A DNA stretch of 52,355 bases, the filler included, from Jimgerdemannia flammicorona (lineage: Eukaryota): assembly GCA_003990765.1 (NCBI GenBank). It is 2 parts of 2 records of this genome, joined end to end, with 100 filler letters (N's around TTAATTAATTAA, not from the genome) between each part and the next. Parts side by side here need not be neighbours in the genome. Positions count along the whole stretch, not along the records: positions 1 to 26,130 come from RBNJ01000758.1; 1 more part is not named here. One strand, 5' to 3'. Positions 10,101 to 23,000 of the stretch are shown piece after piece. A program made the translations under genes and the position numbers. Positions within the stretch are counted from its first letter, which is position 1. Every line of letters starts with the position of its first letter. Under the pieces are notes generated by a model that was given only the letters and a program-made list of their open reading frames with translations, did not search any database and was not told the DNA's origin.

Positions 10101-12838
10101 TGGCTAAGAAAACAATTGCTCTCTTTCCACCAATTACTAGATCAGGGCCACATTAAGATGTCAATATCCTTCACCACTACTAACTGCCTGAAATCTTCCA
10201 CATACTTCAACACCCCAATGGTCAGACTATGGGCACTACTGTACCTTGATAATATCCAATATATTATCCCAATGTTCAGCTACTAGCACTCAATCAATCT
10301 GCATCCCCACCATCCTATCACCCACTGAATACTATCTAGTGAAGAGCCCTGACTTATCTCCAGCCCTTAGTCATATACTATCTACCAGTTCTATACTTTT
10401 TTCTATCTGAAGCCACTGAAACAGCCCCTGAGAGATAGCTTCCCATATCATATTGAAGTCTCTTCAGAATGTCCAATCCTAGAGCTGCCCAATCCTCCTA
10501 AGCCAATCACTCTTCCACTCATTGCTTTCACTCTCTACCAACTGCCAGTAGATATATAGAGCTTATCAAAAGTCCATCCCCATTATCTCCTTTCAGCCTT
10601 CCCTATATCAAATGACTACCAAAGGGTTTCAGATCAACTAACTCATCCTTTTCAACTCTAACTAGAATACCAACTTGCTTATTCCACCCTATACCTCCAA
10701 ATTATTCCTTACTCCACAACTCATAGTCCTATACATCATAAGCCCAAACATCCTGAAGAAACACTACATCATACCTCTGGACCTTCAGCCACTGAAAGAG
10801 ATACCACTACTTAACTCTATTATATAGACTATTGATATTGATCAATAAAATTTATAGATTGTTCTTCATCATAGATAATGAGTTTAGATATCTACTGCCA
10901 CTGCTACTATCTTCTCAGCTCTACCCTTGATGATGTTCTGATGCTCCTCACAGACTACTCTCCAAATACACTCTCTATTGACACTATCACAGAAGAGGTT
11001 CACTCATTCTGATGCCACCTTTCTGATATCTGCCATCTGGGCTTCATCCACCTCATACCCTTCATCCTCCAGAAGAGCTACCACCATAGTGATCACCAAC
11101 TTTAGTCCTTACAATACCACTTTAAGAAATCCTTTCCACACCTATAGAGAATCCTGAAACACATCTACTTTCTTAATGTCTTCCTCTGAAAGCTCCTCTA
11201 GGACAGCCTGGAACTAACCATCTGCTATCATTACTAGTAGCTCTGGAGTTGTGGGCCTAGGGGTCCTGTATAGCTCCTGAAGCAATTCTCTATCTCCAGA
11301 CACATTGGAAGAAATCTCCACCAGATTATCCTCCTCTAAGACTTTGTCTAGCCACACTACCTCCCCAGCCTCAGGATATTTCCAGTACACATTCACTGAC
11401 CTGACTATTACCATATCCTCTACCTGAGTCTCTGGGACCACCTCAACATTCCCTTTGAAGCCTGCTCCCCTCTCTTCCTCACCATCAGCCCACTTCCCCT
11501 TCACAGATGTACATATATATGAAGTCTCTCACCCCCTCCAGCTGCAAGAAGGATACTTCAGCTGCCTCCACCCCTTCTATTCAATTCTTGTCAGTCATGA
11601 CCCTCTCAGCCTTCTCCTCAGCAGACCCTTGCAACACTGTCTACAACTACTTTCAATTCATCTTATACTATCACCTCCTCTTTCCATCTGCCTCAATTCA
11701 GATCCAGTTCTTGGCAAACTCCTCCTATTTTCTCTTCCACAGAGCCTTTGCTTCATTGCACTCCTCCAGGACAATCAGCAACTCCTTCTCTTTCTACTCT
11801 GAGTCTTTTCTCCTCCAAACTCAATACTCCTATTCTCCAACATGAATGATCTCAGACCAGTCCCACTCTAACCCAGTTGCCTCCTTCTCTTCCAACTATA
11901 CCATCACCTTGCAGTTACCATTTCTCAACTTTGTGCTCTCCCAAAACATAAACTCAAAATCCACTATCTCACTAAAACCCTCCAGAGCCTTGGCTACCAC
12001 CATCTTAGTCTTCTGTCTGCTCAGCATTAGCAGTCCTTCAACCACCAGTCTCACTACATGTGGGTCCCATCTTAAGTACCTCATCATCTCTACCTTGATA
12101 TTCTTGACCATCAGCCCCTTCTTCAGGGCTCTCACCATGGCCTCCTCCTCTATAAAGTCAACCTCTACTGTCTCTGCTAAAGGAATGAAACTCAGTGACT
12201 CTGCCCCTGCAACCTCCTTACCCACTAGTTATAGAACCTCCTTGGCTAACAGACCAAGGTCCAGGAAATTGGTGGAGACTGCCCATATCAATACCAACTT
12301 ATGAAAGAATGGATGCACCACCAGCTCACCAGTTCTCATAGCCAGAGTGGTCTTGCTCTTACTCTCAGATATATTAGCCACTACCTCTCTAAGAACTACT
12401 GTACCACCAACCATCACACCACAGCCACTAGTCCAGCCCTAAGAAAGCCAGTTTCAGCAGTCCCACCCCCTGACCCTGACCTCTGCTGAGCCTCTGACCA
12501 GTCAGCTGATCAGTTACCTGATGCCCCCTCCTGTCAACACTATGTCCCCCCTGCTCTCTCACTATAGACCTAGAGGCCACCCTCCTGTTCCCCACTATTG
12601 TATACTAGATATCTACTCCAGTTACCAGCCCCTGACCACCTGCCTGCCTTCCTACCTCACCAGCTCCAGCAGCCACTGCAAAACTCTTAAAGAGGCCCAG
12701 ACCAGGTCTCCTCCTCTCTAAGCACTCTGAGCTCAATGAACCTTAGGTTACCATTATACTGAAACTTGATGAATTTTGATAAAACTTATTGTAAACTATT
12801 GCCAGGCTCCTGCTGCATCTAGTATACTAGTATAGGCA
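7127..12838 (-). mobile_element. LINE copy C: full-length, heavily mutated, divergent subfamily
   Basis: Poly(T) 7127-7158 followed by the reverse complement of the family terminus. Knuckle CEWC..H..C (7520-7744). RT relic VLQGGPLSP/FVDD (8630-8962). EN start ~10870. ORF1 relic WDPHVVRL (11896-12225). Degenerate 5' motif ending ~12838. Confidence 0.9.
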
Positions 12839-13462
12839 AAGTAAAAACTTGAAAATGTATTGCTTTTCACAAAAAGATTCCCATGTGGCTTAGTATGCTC
12901 TGAGTGGTTTGAGTAAAAGAAGTCTTCTATATAAATAACATCTTATCAATCTCTATATTATAACCCTCTTATCTCTACCAACTTATAACTAATCTGTACT
13001 TTTATCAAAAAATCAGAACTCTAGAGATAGCTGATCTCATATTCAGTCTAGAGTATTTTGTCAACTCAGCTTTATATAAGGAAGCACTTATACAAGTCTT
13101 TCAACTTAGTCTAAAAATCAAATATATGGCAGAAGTTACTGAGTTCTATTTACTCAATATGGAGAAGAAGTAGTAATAATATCAATTATTCACAAACTTT
13201 TAACAATAAGAAAAAGATCAGATTAATATATTATAGTATAATAGAAATATAGTATTTATTTTTAAAATAAATCTTATACTATACTTGTAATTATAAACCT
13301 CATTCTATATAAATGTGGGACTGTAATTGGAGTGCATTATTCTAGATAAGTTGCAGAGATAAGATAATGTTTTACAAAATAATACAGTAGTAGAAGGTGG
13401 GACTATTTGCCTTTGATAGAGACTTAGTAATATAAACAGATCAGTATCATATCTGGCCCAAT

Positions 13463-14216
13463 AGAAGTACTACTCTATTGATATGCTATCATTAGTAATC
13501 TCAGTAATACATTTAGTATAAAAGGCAATATAGTAGTCAAGAAGAGTATACCAAACCAAGATCACTATAAGAGAGATGCTGTCAACAATATAGGCCAGAA
13601 AAGCAGTGGGCTCTATCAGCCTCAGATAGATATCATGAAAAATACTGAAATATATAAGCAGGTTAGAGATAAATATAGATATGTCCAGGAGGTCCTTGAC
13701 CTCAATCTATAAAAATAATATAGTAGAGAAGTACTACTCTCTTAATATACCATCATTAGCAATCTTAGTAATATATTTAATATAAAAGATAATATAGTAG
13801 TTAAGAAGAGTATATCAAACCAGATCACCATAAGAGAGATATAGTCTAGGCTAGGAAAGTGGTGGGCTTTATCAGCCTCAAGTGAGTATTGTAAATAATG
13901 CTGAAATATGTAAGCAGGTGAGAGATAAATATAGATATATCCAGGAAGTTCTTGATCTTATTCTATAAAAATAATATAGCAGAGAAGTATTATTCCATTA
14001 ATATGCTATCATTAGCAATCACAGTAATAAGTTTAGTATAAAAGATGATATAGTAGTTAAGAAGAGCCTGTTAAGCTGAGATCACTATGAAGGAGATATA
14101 GTTTAGACCAGAAAAGCAATAGACTCTATCAGCCTCAGGTAGGTATCATGAATATACTAAAATATATAAGCAGACTAAAGATAAATATAAATATATCTGG
14201 GAGATCCTTGACCCTA
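13463..14216. repeat. Tandem repeat, three diverged ~256-264 bp units
   Basis: Units start AGAAGTA(C/T)TA at 13463, 13727 and 13983 and share internal blocks (TATCAGCCTCA, TAAGCAG, GATAAATATA, CTTGA). Confidence 0.9.
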
Positions 14217-15095
14217 TTTATATATATAAGCTGCTAGCTCAAATAAAGGTTCTTAGGAGATATCAAATAATTAAGTAGCTAAAACTAGCTATATCTAATT
14301 TAGTAGTTATTCTATAGAGGAAGAATGTTCTGATATAAACATCTCACCTTAGCAACTAGCTTCTACTAATGGCTTAATGACTATCTTTATTCAGTTTAAA
14401 TATTTATACTATTATTGTTATTATTTGACTTATGGCCTACTATATTTAGTTATTATAGTCTGTAAGTCAACTTTGATTATGATATATATAATTATGATAT
14501 CTGAATATATTGTGTTTTGATAGTATGTATTAGTAGTCAATGAACTTGAAATTTCTGATATTTCAAAAGCATGTCATAGTTAAAAATAAATAGAATAAAG
14601 TTGGTTTGTAATTACTAGTAAGAAAATTAAATCTTCTCATATGAGAAAAGTTATTCTCAGATGGGAATCTCATCTTTGGATCTGATATTAGATAGCAAAT
14701 TTTAAGATCTTCCCCATATAGCACTCTGGGTTCTTGTCTAATAAATTTACTACCAGTTCAACCATGAGGTGGGTGGGATGAAGTTGTAGTCCCTCTTCTC
14801 ATATATTCAGATCATTATCTATGACACAAGTACTGACTATATGAGCTGAAGTTTATTAAAAAGTATCTTTATACTATCTAATATCTTTTTGAAAAATTTC
14901 ATCTTATATTTATATATATTTCTTAGAACCACCACTCTTGTTTCTAATATAACTCTCTATTATATATCTACTATATTTATAATAACTCTAATGACTATCC
15001 AGTCAGCTTCTGCCTTCATCTTCTATATCTTTCTCCTCACTTATGCTCTCTAGATCTCCATCATTAACCTCAGCAGTATTGACTTATGAACTACT

Positions 15096-15147
<52 letters not shown>

Positions 15148-18100
15148 GTTACTTGGACTTCTACTTTATTATCATCCAATCTATATTATACTAATATATG
15201 TAAATCCACCCCTCATTCAATCTCACAAGGAGCTTCTCCCCCCCCTATCTCTACTCCTTTCCTTCTTCATTTCTTTAGAAAGTCACTATCTCCCCAGCTA
15301 CCCCAATCCTCTCTCCACTCTGTCTGTAAATTGTTTCTACCAATCTCCTATGGGGCTCCCCTCCAGATCTCTACTCCTTTCACCAGTCATTTCATAGGTC
15401 CAGCATTAGCTACTTCTATCTTATAATCTATAATCCAAGTGCCAACCACTGTCTACTCTCAAATACATATAGCTAATGTCTGGTAAGCCCAACCCAAATA
15501 GCTAGAGTCCATCTAATAGTTAGCTACTCATCACTAACCCCTCCCACCAGTCTCCTCCAAAGATTACCCCACCTCTCTCCCACTATGAGTCCTAGTGGGC
15601 AGACCCCCAAAAGACTCTCATCACCTCACACTCTCCCAACCAATGCTCAGAGATCTGTACTATTCCCTTTTCCTGTCTGACATTGAGACACTCCTCATAC
15701 TCCAATACTCTCCCATCTACCAAATATCTTGACCAATAATTCAACATCACATTTTTCTATAAAAATCTCTACTATACTATCTAGACCTTAGGGGAGATCT
15801 ACTGCACCACCTGCTTACTCTACAACTAAACCCCATTCTAGTTCCACTCTTTACCAATCTCTACCCCTTGTTATACTACAGACTACAGATATTGCTCATG
15901 CTCCTGAAGATACTCCATATCATCCTCCAAACTAAAATTGTCTACTGATATACTATCTAATAGAAGGTAGTCCCATCTCTATATCCTGAATCTCCAGTCA
16001 AACTTCTCCTTACTACCCTACCATCTAATGTCAATTCAATATGTATTATCAACACTCTCTATCAGAATCTCTTAAAGTACATCTTCTGGCTTTTCTCTAG
16101 TACCACTAGAGAAAGCAGATTACCAAATATACTATGGAGAGAGAACTATATCTTCCATACTCTCTATATAAGGGGTACTCTCTTAACTCACTAGCTTGCT
16201 TCAACCACTATACTCTCAAGTAATATATATACTTAATAAAGTCTATCAGACTTAGTTCTCCTCAGTCTACTGGTAACATTATCACCTTTTAGCCAATCTA
16301 ACTCCTCTGTCCTACCTATATCTAAAATCTAGTCATTTTCAATAGCCTCTTGACCACCTATTCTGGGAAATCCAAGTAGTATCCCAGATACTACAACTTG
16401 AGCAGCCAGTATATATTTAGCACTATCACCCTTCTAGCTAGGGAGATATATCAGCCACTCTACTCCAGAAGAGTATTCTTCTACTTAACTAACTGTTGCT
16501 CTCACCATTTTTGAAGCAGCAGGACTAATATACTGAGAAGTAGATTCTTAGATAACAGACAGTCTCTCCTACTAAAATAACTACTCCAATCATATCTTTT
16601 CCTATTATTTCTTCTTCTAACAATAGGATGTTATACTTATACCAGTTTAGCTTAATACTGGAGCACTCTTCATACCATTTCATAGCTCTCTTCAGTACAG
16701 CCATGACTTCTACAGAGCCCAGCCCAACCACTATATTATCAGTAAAGGCTCTCACCTTTCAATTCACTCTAAGAATATTTAACCCCCCCATCTTTCACCT
16801 AATCCTATCTAATAGAGGCTCCAGAGAGAGAGCATAAAGAATCAGTGACAGCAGATCTCCTTACAGTACTCCTCTACCTAGGGGAAATGAAACCCTCCTA
16901 TATTTATTTACTAACATTACTGCCCAACTTCTCTCTAACAGCCTGATCAATGATTATCTGAACTCTAGAGAGACTCTCATATACTTCAACACTCCCACCA
17001 GCTATACTTACTGGACCCTATTATATACCTTCTCTTGGCCCAAAATGACTAGCCAACCATCTATCTCTGTCACCTATACTCCTTCAATGATACCATACAT
17101 CCAAGCTATCTTATCTCTTATTAAGTATTCTCCAATGAAGCTCTTCTATTCTGCCCCCAGTATCTACTGAGTCACTCCTTATAGTCTAGTCACCAATATC
17201 TTTATAACTAGCTTGTAAATCATATTCAAAAGTATGATTGGCCTCCAGTTCTTCCACTCCTCCTATCTTCTCTTATTCTTATACAACAGAGCTACTAGTC
17301 CTAGTCACTATCTCCCAATCTACTCTCCTGATCCAATAATCTCATTATATATCTGTATCATCTCCTCCAAAGCCAACTCCACATCTGTCATCTTCTTTCA
17401 GAAATCCAAAGATAGACTATCCTCTTCAGGAGCTGTTCCAAGACTTATCATTACCAATACTCTACATATGTATCTCTCCACCTTGAACAGATACTCTAAG
17501 ATCTCTAAGGTCTTCTGCCAGATCTAGGTACTAATTCTCCAGATACCATTCAATATCTAGGACATCTTTTCCACCTTTCTTCTCACTTTACAAATATCCC
17601 CACCTTGAGCTCAACTGGTCCAAGATCTCTGGGGTTCCAACCACCATCTCTCTAGCCTCATCCAATACTCTCTTCCACTGTTGCCTCACCCTTCTTACTT
17701 GAAGAAGCCTTGATAAGAACTTTATAGGTCACTCTTCCTCTTCTATTCCCTGCCACCTCAGTAGACTACTATATCCTTTATCTATAGATTTTCCTCCTGC
17801 CTCAGCATCTCCTTCAGCTTCTCTATCTCAAGTCAGACTCACTGAACCCTCTAATCTCCCTCCTTCTCATTGTTCAGTAAATTAGCCCAGATTATTAATA
17901 ACTTCTCTAATCTCTAAGAGAGATTTACCTTAATTAATTTCATCTCTCATTGTCCCTTACCTTCCCTGTCTTCCCTCAGAACCTTTGAGCAACTGATTTC
18001 AAATATCACTATCAGTTCTCTATCTCTAGCCCCCTTGTCCTCTAGCTAAGAACTTATATATATCTACCACTTATATCTCTTATAATAAGAGCACTCCCAG

Positions 18101-20027
18101 CAATGAGATATTTAGATACTAATGTCCAGACCCCTCTCTACTTCCCCTGAACCTCCCACAACCCCACAGACCCCAATGGTCAGACTACAGATATCAGATT
18201 ATTTCCAGAAGACTCCAGACATCCTCACTCCAGCACTCTGCTATTAAGATCCAGTTGATCCTCAAGCCCAACTCTGCTACTCAGTGAGTATAGACTCTAT
18301 AGTCCCCCCACCCAAGTTGCTCTGCATCCACCAAAGAGCTCAATCTTTCTATCTTCTTTCAACTTTCTACACTTCTGCTTCTATTAGTCATTCTCCTCTC
18401 TCCATTAGTCCTATCTAATAGCTCATCTCAAATCATATTGAAGTCTCCACCCAAACAGTCAATTCTCACCTCAGCTATTACTCCTATATCTCCTCTTATC
18501 TGCTCTATTTACTCTCCTTTCTACTGGGTAATAACAAGACTCAATAGTTAAGAGGCTCTAGCCTGGCCTCTGCCAAATCCCCCACATTACTCTATCTCTC
18601 TAATGTCTAATGTCTCTAATATCTCCTTTACTCTGCCTAATTAAAATATCCACCCAGCCCTATCAAACAGCCACTCTATCCCATTCTCTCATCCAGTTCA
18701 GTATGTCTAAGTCTATATCATATCTAATATCCTACAGCAGAAATAGATCTGCATCCAACCCCTTTAATTAGCAGAAAATATTCTAATATCTTACTATACT
18801 CTATAATCTATTGATATTCATAGATAAAATTCTAGTTATATAATAATTGTTATAGAGAAAGTTGTCCACTCTATAATTCCATACTTACTGTATTACTAGT
18901 AATATTCAGATTCCTCTTTACCTTGAGCTCCTCAGCACCCCCCTGATAGATATCTAGAGCTATCAAGATCTCCTGATAGTTCTTACTATACATAGCTTCT
19001 ATGTTCAATTAGTACTCCTCACACACTATCTGCCACTTTGCCAGTTCCTTTCTAGGGCCCCACAGATAGGCTGTATAGTCATTCACAATCTCTGAAGTAC
19101 TACCTCCCTATTGTCATCTATCTCATACTCCTTGGCCTTATAGATCTATTATTAGCTTATTTTAAAGCTTTCATACCATCTCTTCTCTTTGCAGAATCTC
19201 TCCCCAGTATCTCTTACTAATTACCTAAAAGTTCACCTCACCTGGCTTATCTGCTGCAATATTTGTCAATGTCTTTTACAACTATCTCTCCTCTCCAATA
19301 ATCTCATCCACTCCTTAGACCACCTCTTGCCCCCCAGCTCCTTGACTGCTATCAGCATCTGCTCTCACCAATCATTCTAGTTCTCTTTCAGCATATTCTA
19401 CAGCTTATCATTTCTCTTTCCCTCAATGGGTAGACTATACTGAACTTGAGTCACCTTTACTATTATCTCATCCTCAACCACTGTATCTTACCCTGGGTCT
19501 CTCTTTTCTATCAGAGTCACCTTCATCACTATCTCCTTCTCTCCTGCTCAAGTACTGGCTCTTAATCTAACTTCATTAGTAGTATTCCCCCCCCTCTGGC
19601 TGCTCTCCCAACTTTATCAGTAAATTCTTCTGATGCTACCTCCCTTGTACTCTCTCCCAGGCAGTCCAATCTAGCTATACTCACTTGCCATTCACTATCT
19701 CTACTACAATCTTGACCTCAAACTCCTTCCAGATCAATCTTTGCTTCTCAACAGCTCTGGCCAGATCCTTCAATACATTCAGCAAGTCCTCTTCCTCCTC
19801 TGGTATCTCTTTGACCCTCAAGACCTTGTACTTCACTAATTCTCACTTAAGTACTACTGGTCAATTTCTTTCTTTTCCAATATTCTCCTTATCTGCCAGC
19901 CTTACCCTGATATTCATATCTCTAGTCCTGAACTCTATATCTTTCCAAATCTGGAAACCAATATCTATCACATCTCTATACTCTTTGATAATTTGACAAT
20001 CAGCTCCCTAGTCTTCTCCTTCTTCAC

Positions 20028-20043
20028 TATAGATATATTTGCT
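20028..20043 (+). repeat. Target-site duplication of LINE E (partner 25829-25844)
   Basis: TATAGATATATTTGCT is identical at 20028-20043 and 25829-25844 (the last T overlaps the poly(T)). Confidence 0.95.
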
Positions 20044-23000
20044 TTTTTTTTTTTTTTTTTTTTTTTATAGTTACTTGAACTTCTCTTTATTACTGCTGTC
20101 TATAATAATAATGATACAATACGACCCCATCCCCTCAACCAATATTCCCCAGAACCACTCCTCTCCCCTCTATGCCTCCCTGCCAGAGGACAACCCAGTT
20201 GCCTACAATCTGAATCCTCCCACCACTTTTCCGAGAGATACACTATACCAAACCCCTGCAACTCTCCCCACCTGGCCCCCACCCTCACCACCAGCCATTC
20301 AAAATATCCAGCAATAACTATTCCCAATGTACTACCCTATCCCCAATCCCAACCCACTGGCCCTCCTCAAATACATATACCCAATGCCCAGCCATCCCAA
20401 CCTATATGGCCAGAGCCCAACTGAGGGTCAGCCATTCATCTCTAACCCCTCCAACCAGCCTTCAGCAGAGCTCTCCCCATCTCCCCCCTTCCCCTCCCTC
20501 CAGGACTTATAGCCCTAACTGGTCTGCAATATACTGCCAAAATACCCCCAAAATGTCACACTCACCAAGCCAATGTTCAGGCATTTGTATCACTCCCCCT
20601 TCCTGTCTAACATTGAAATATTCCTCACACTCAAACATGCCACTGGCCACCAAGTGCCCAGACCAATAGTTCAACATCACATTCTACTGTAGAACTCACC
20701 ACCATACCACCCAGAACTTGGAGGGCAGCTACTGCATCACCTGCTTGCTCCAAAGCCAGATACTATTCCAGTCCCACTCCTTACCAATACCAACTCTCTG
20801 CCAGGCTTCAGGCCAAAGATCTCCACCCAAGCTCCACAAATACTCCATACCATTACCAAGCTGGAAGTCCACCACTAAAGCACCACCCAGTAGTAGCCTG
20901 TCCCATCACCACATCTGCAGACCCCAATCCTCCCCTCCTTCATCACCCCATCACCAAAGTCCAATTTTCTTAGCACCATCCACCACCCCCCACCAAAGCC
21001 CTTGTACTGCATCCTCCTGCTCCCATCTATGGCCACCATCACAAGCAGGTCACCAGAAGCTCTACAAGGGGAATACCAGGTCTTCCACACCCTCTGCATG
21101 AGTGGCACCCACTCCTGGCCCCACAGCTTGCTTGCCCTCCTCAGCCACCAGGCTCTCAAGCAATGAAGCCATTTGGTAAAGTCCACTAAACCCAGCCCAC
21201 CTCTTTCCACTGATAGGGTAAGAACCTCCCAACCTATCTGACTTTGCCACCCTCCCCAGATCCACGATCTCACCATCTTCAACAGCCCTCTGATCACTCA
21301 AGCCGGGAAGTCCAGATGATACCCCACATACTATAGCTTCGGCAGCCAATACACATTCAGCACCATCACCCTTCCTGCCAAGAATATATGCTGATTACCC
21401 CATTGCAGAAGCACTTCTCCCCACTCCAGAAGTTGATGGTCCCACCATACATGGGGGAGAAGTGACTCAAACACCAAGAAGTAGATCCCCAGATAATGCA
21501 CTGGCTCTCCTGCCAGCACCATTATCCCAATCATATTGCCACCAACAATTCCACCACCTAGCACCAGAGTCTTGCATTTGTGCCAATTGAGTTTAGTACC
21601 TGATCCTCTCTCATACCACTCAACAGACCTTCACAATTCTCCCACATCTGCCAACAAGCCCAGTCTAATCACCATGTCATCTGCAAAGGCCCCCACCTTC
21701 CAATTTATCCCTAGAATGTCCAATCTCCCAACTCAATGCTGGATCCTGTCCAGTAGGGGCTCCAGGGAGAGGGCATATAAGATGGGTGACAAAGGGTCAC
21801 CTTGTGGCACCCCATGACTAAGAGGAAAAGCTACCCCACTGTGACCATTGACTACCAATACTGTCTGACTGTTTTCCAAAAGGCCAATCAATGACCCATG
21901 GAACCCTGGGGGAACACCAATCTGTTTCAACACCCCCTCTAACCAGATCCTCCTCACTCTATCATATGCCTTCTCCTGATCCAAAAAGACCAATCGGCCA
22001 TCCACCCCTGCAGCCCAGGCCCCTTCAATCACACCATGTACCCAAGCTGTCCCATCATGGATCAACCAACCACTGACAAATCTCCATTGCTCCACACCAA
22101 GTACTTGCTGAGTGATTCCCTGCAGCCTCATCACCAATATCTTTGTCACTAGTTTGTGGTCCATATCTAGTAGCATGATTGGCTGCCAGTTCTTCCAATC
22201 TTCCCATCTCCCCTTATCCTTATAGAGCAAGGAGACCAGCCCTAGGCACTGGCCCCCAATCCAAGTTCCAGACTGAAGAACCTCACCATACATATCTATC
22301 ATTTCCTCCAATATCTTGCCCACCCCAGCCATCTTCTTCCAAAAGTCCCAGAGAAGTCCATCCTCCCCCAGAGCCATCCCCTTACTTATTATAGCCAAAA
22401 CCTTGCAAATTTCCTCTCCTCTCACTGGGTCCCCCAAAGTCCCCAGACCTATAGCAGGGTCTGGATGCCAATCCCCCAGCTGTCTCTCAATATTCAAGGC
22501 ATCCTCCCCCCCTTCCTCCTTGCTCCACAGATCCTCCCAACAGATCCTCAGCAATCCCAGAATTGCCGGAGTCCCCACCACCATCTTCCCATCCACACCC
22601 AGGACTCTATCCCACCACTGCTTTACTCATCATGCTCATAACATCCATGATAAAAACCTAGTAGGTCTCTCCCCCTCCTCAAGCCCCTGCCACCACAGCC
22701 ATGCCACCATCCCCTTCAGCCTAACCTCCTCCTCCCTTCACAATACTTCCTTAAGCTCCTCAACTTCCTTCTGGATCCTCACAATACACCAGTTGGTCAC
22801 CTCCTTCTCTTCTAGCACCCCTGCCCACCTTCCCATGAGCACTGCCAATTTCTGCAAGGCCCATAGTACCCTCTGTCATCATTGGGCACATCTTCCTTTC
22901 CCTGCTTCTCTCCAGTACTCCTGAGCACTCACCTTCAGCCTCCTTCAGTAGTCCCCAATCATCAGGCCCCAGTCCTGCCACCTCCCAATATTCCCAATAA

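Noticed and set aside
15043..15426. Poly-Phe ORFs (also 20039-20317, 42942-43130)
   Set aside because: They are translations of LINE poly(A) tails on the opposite strand.
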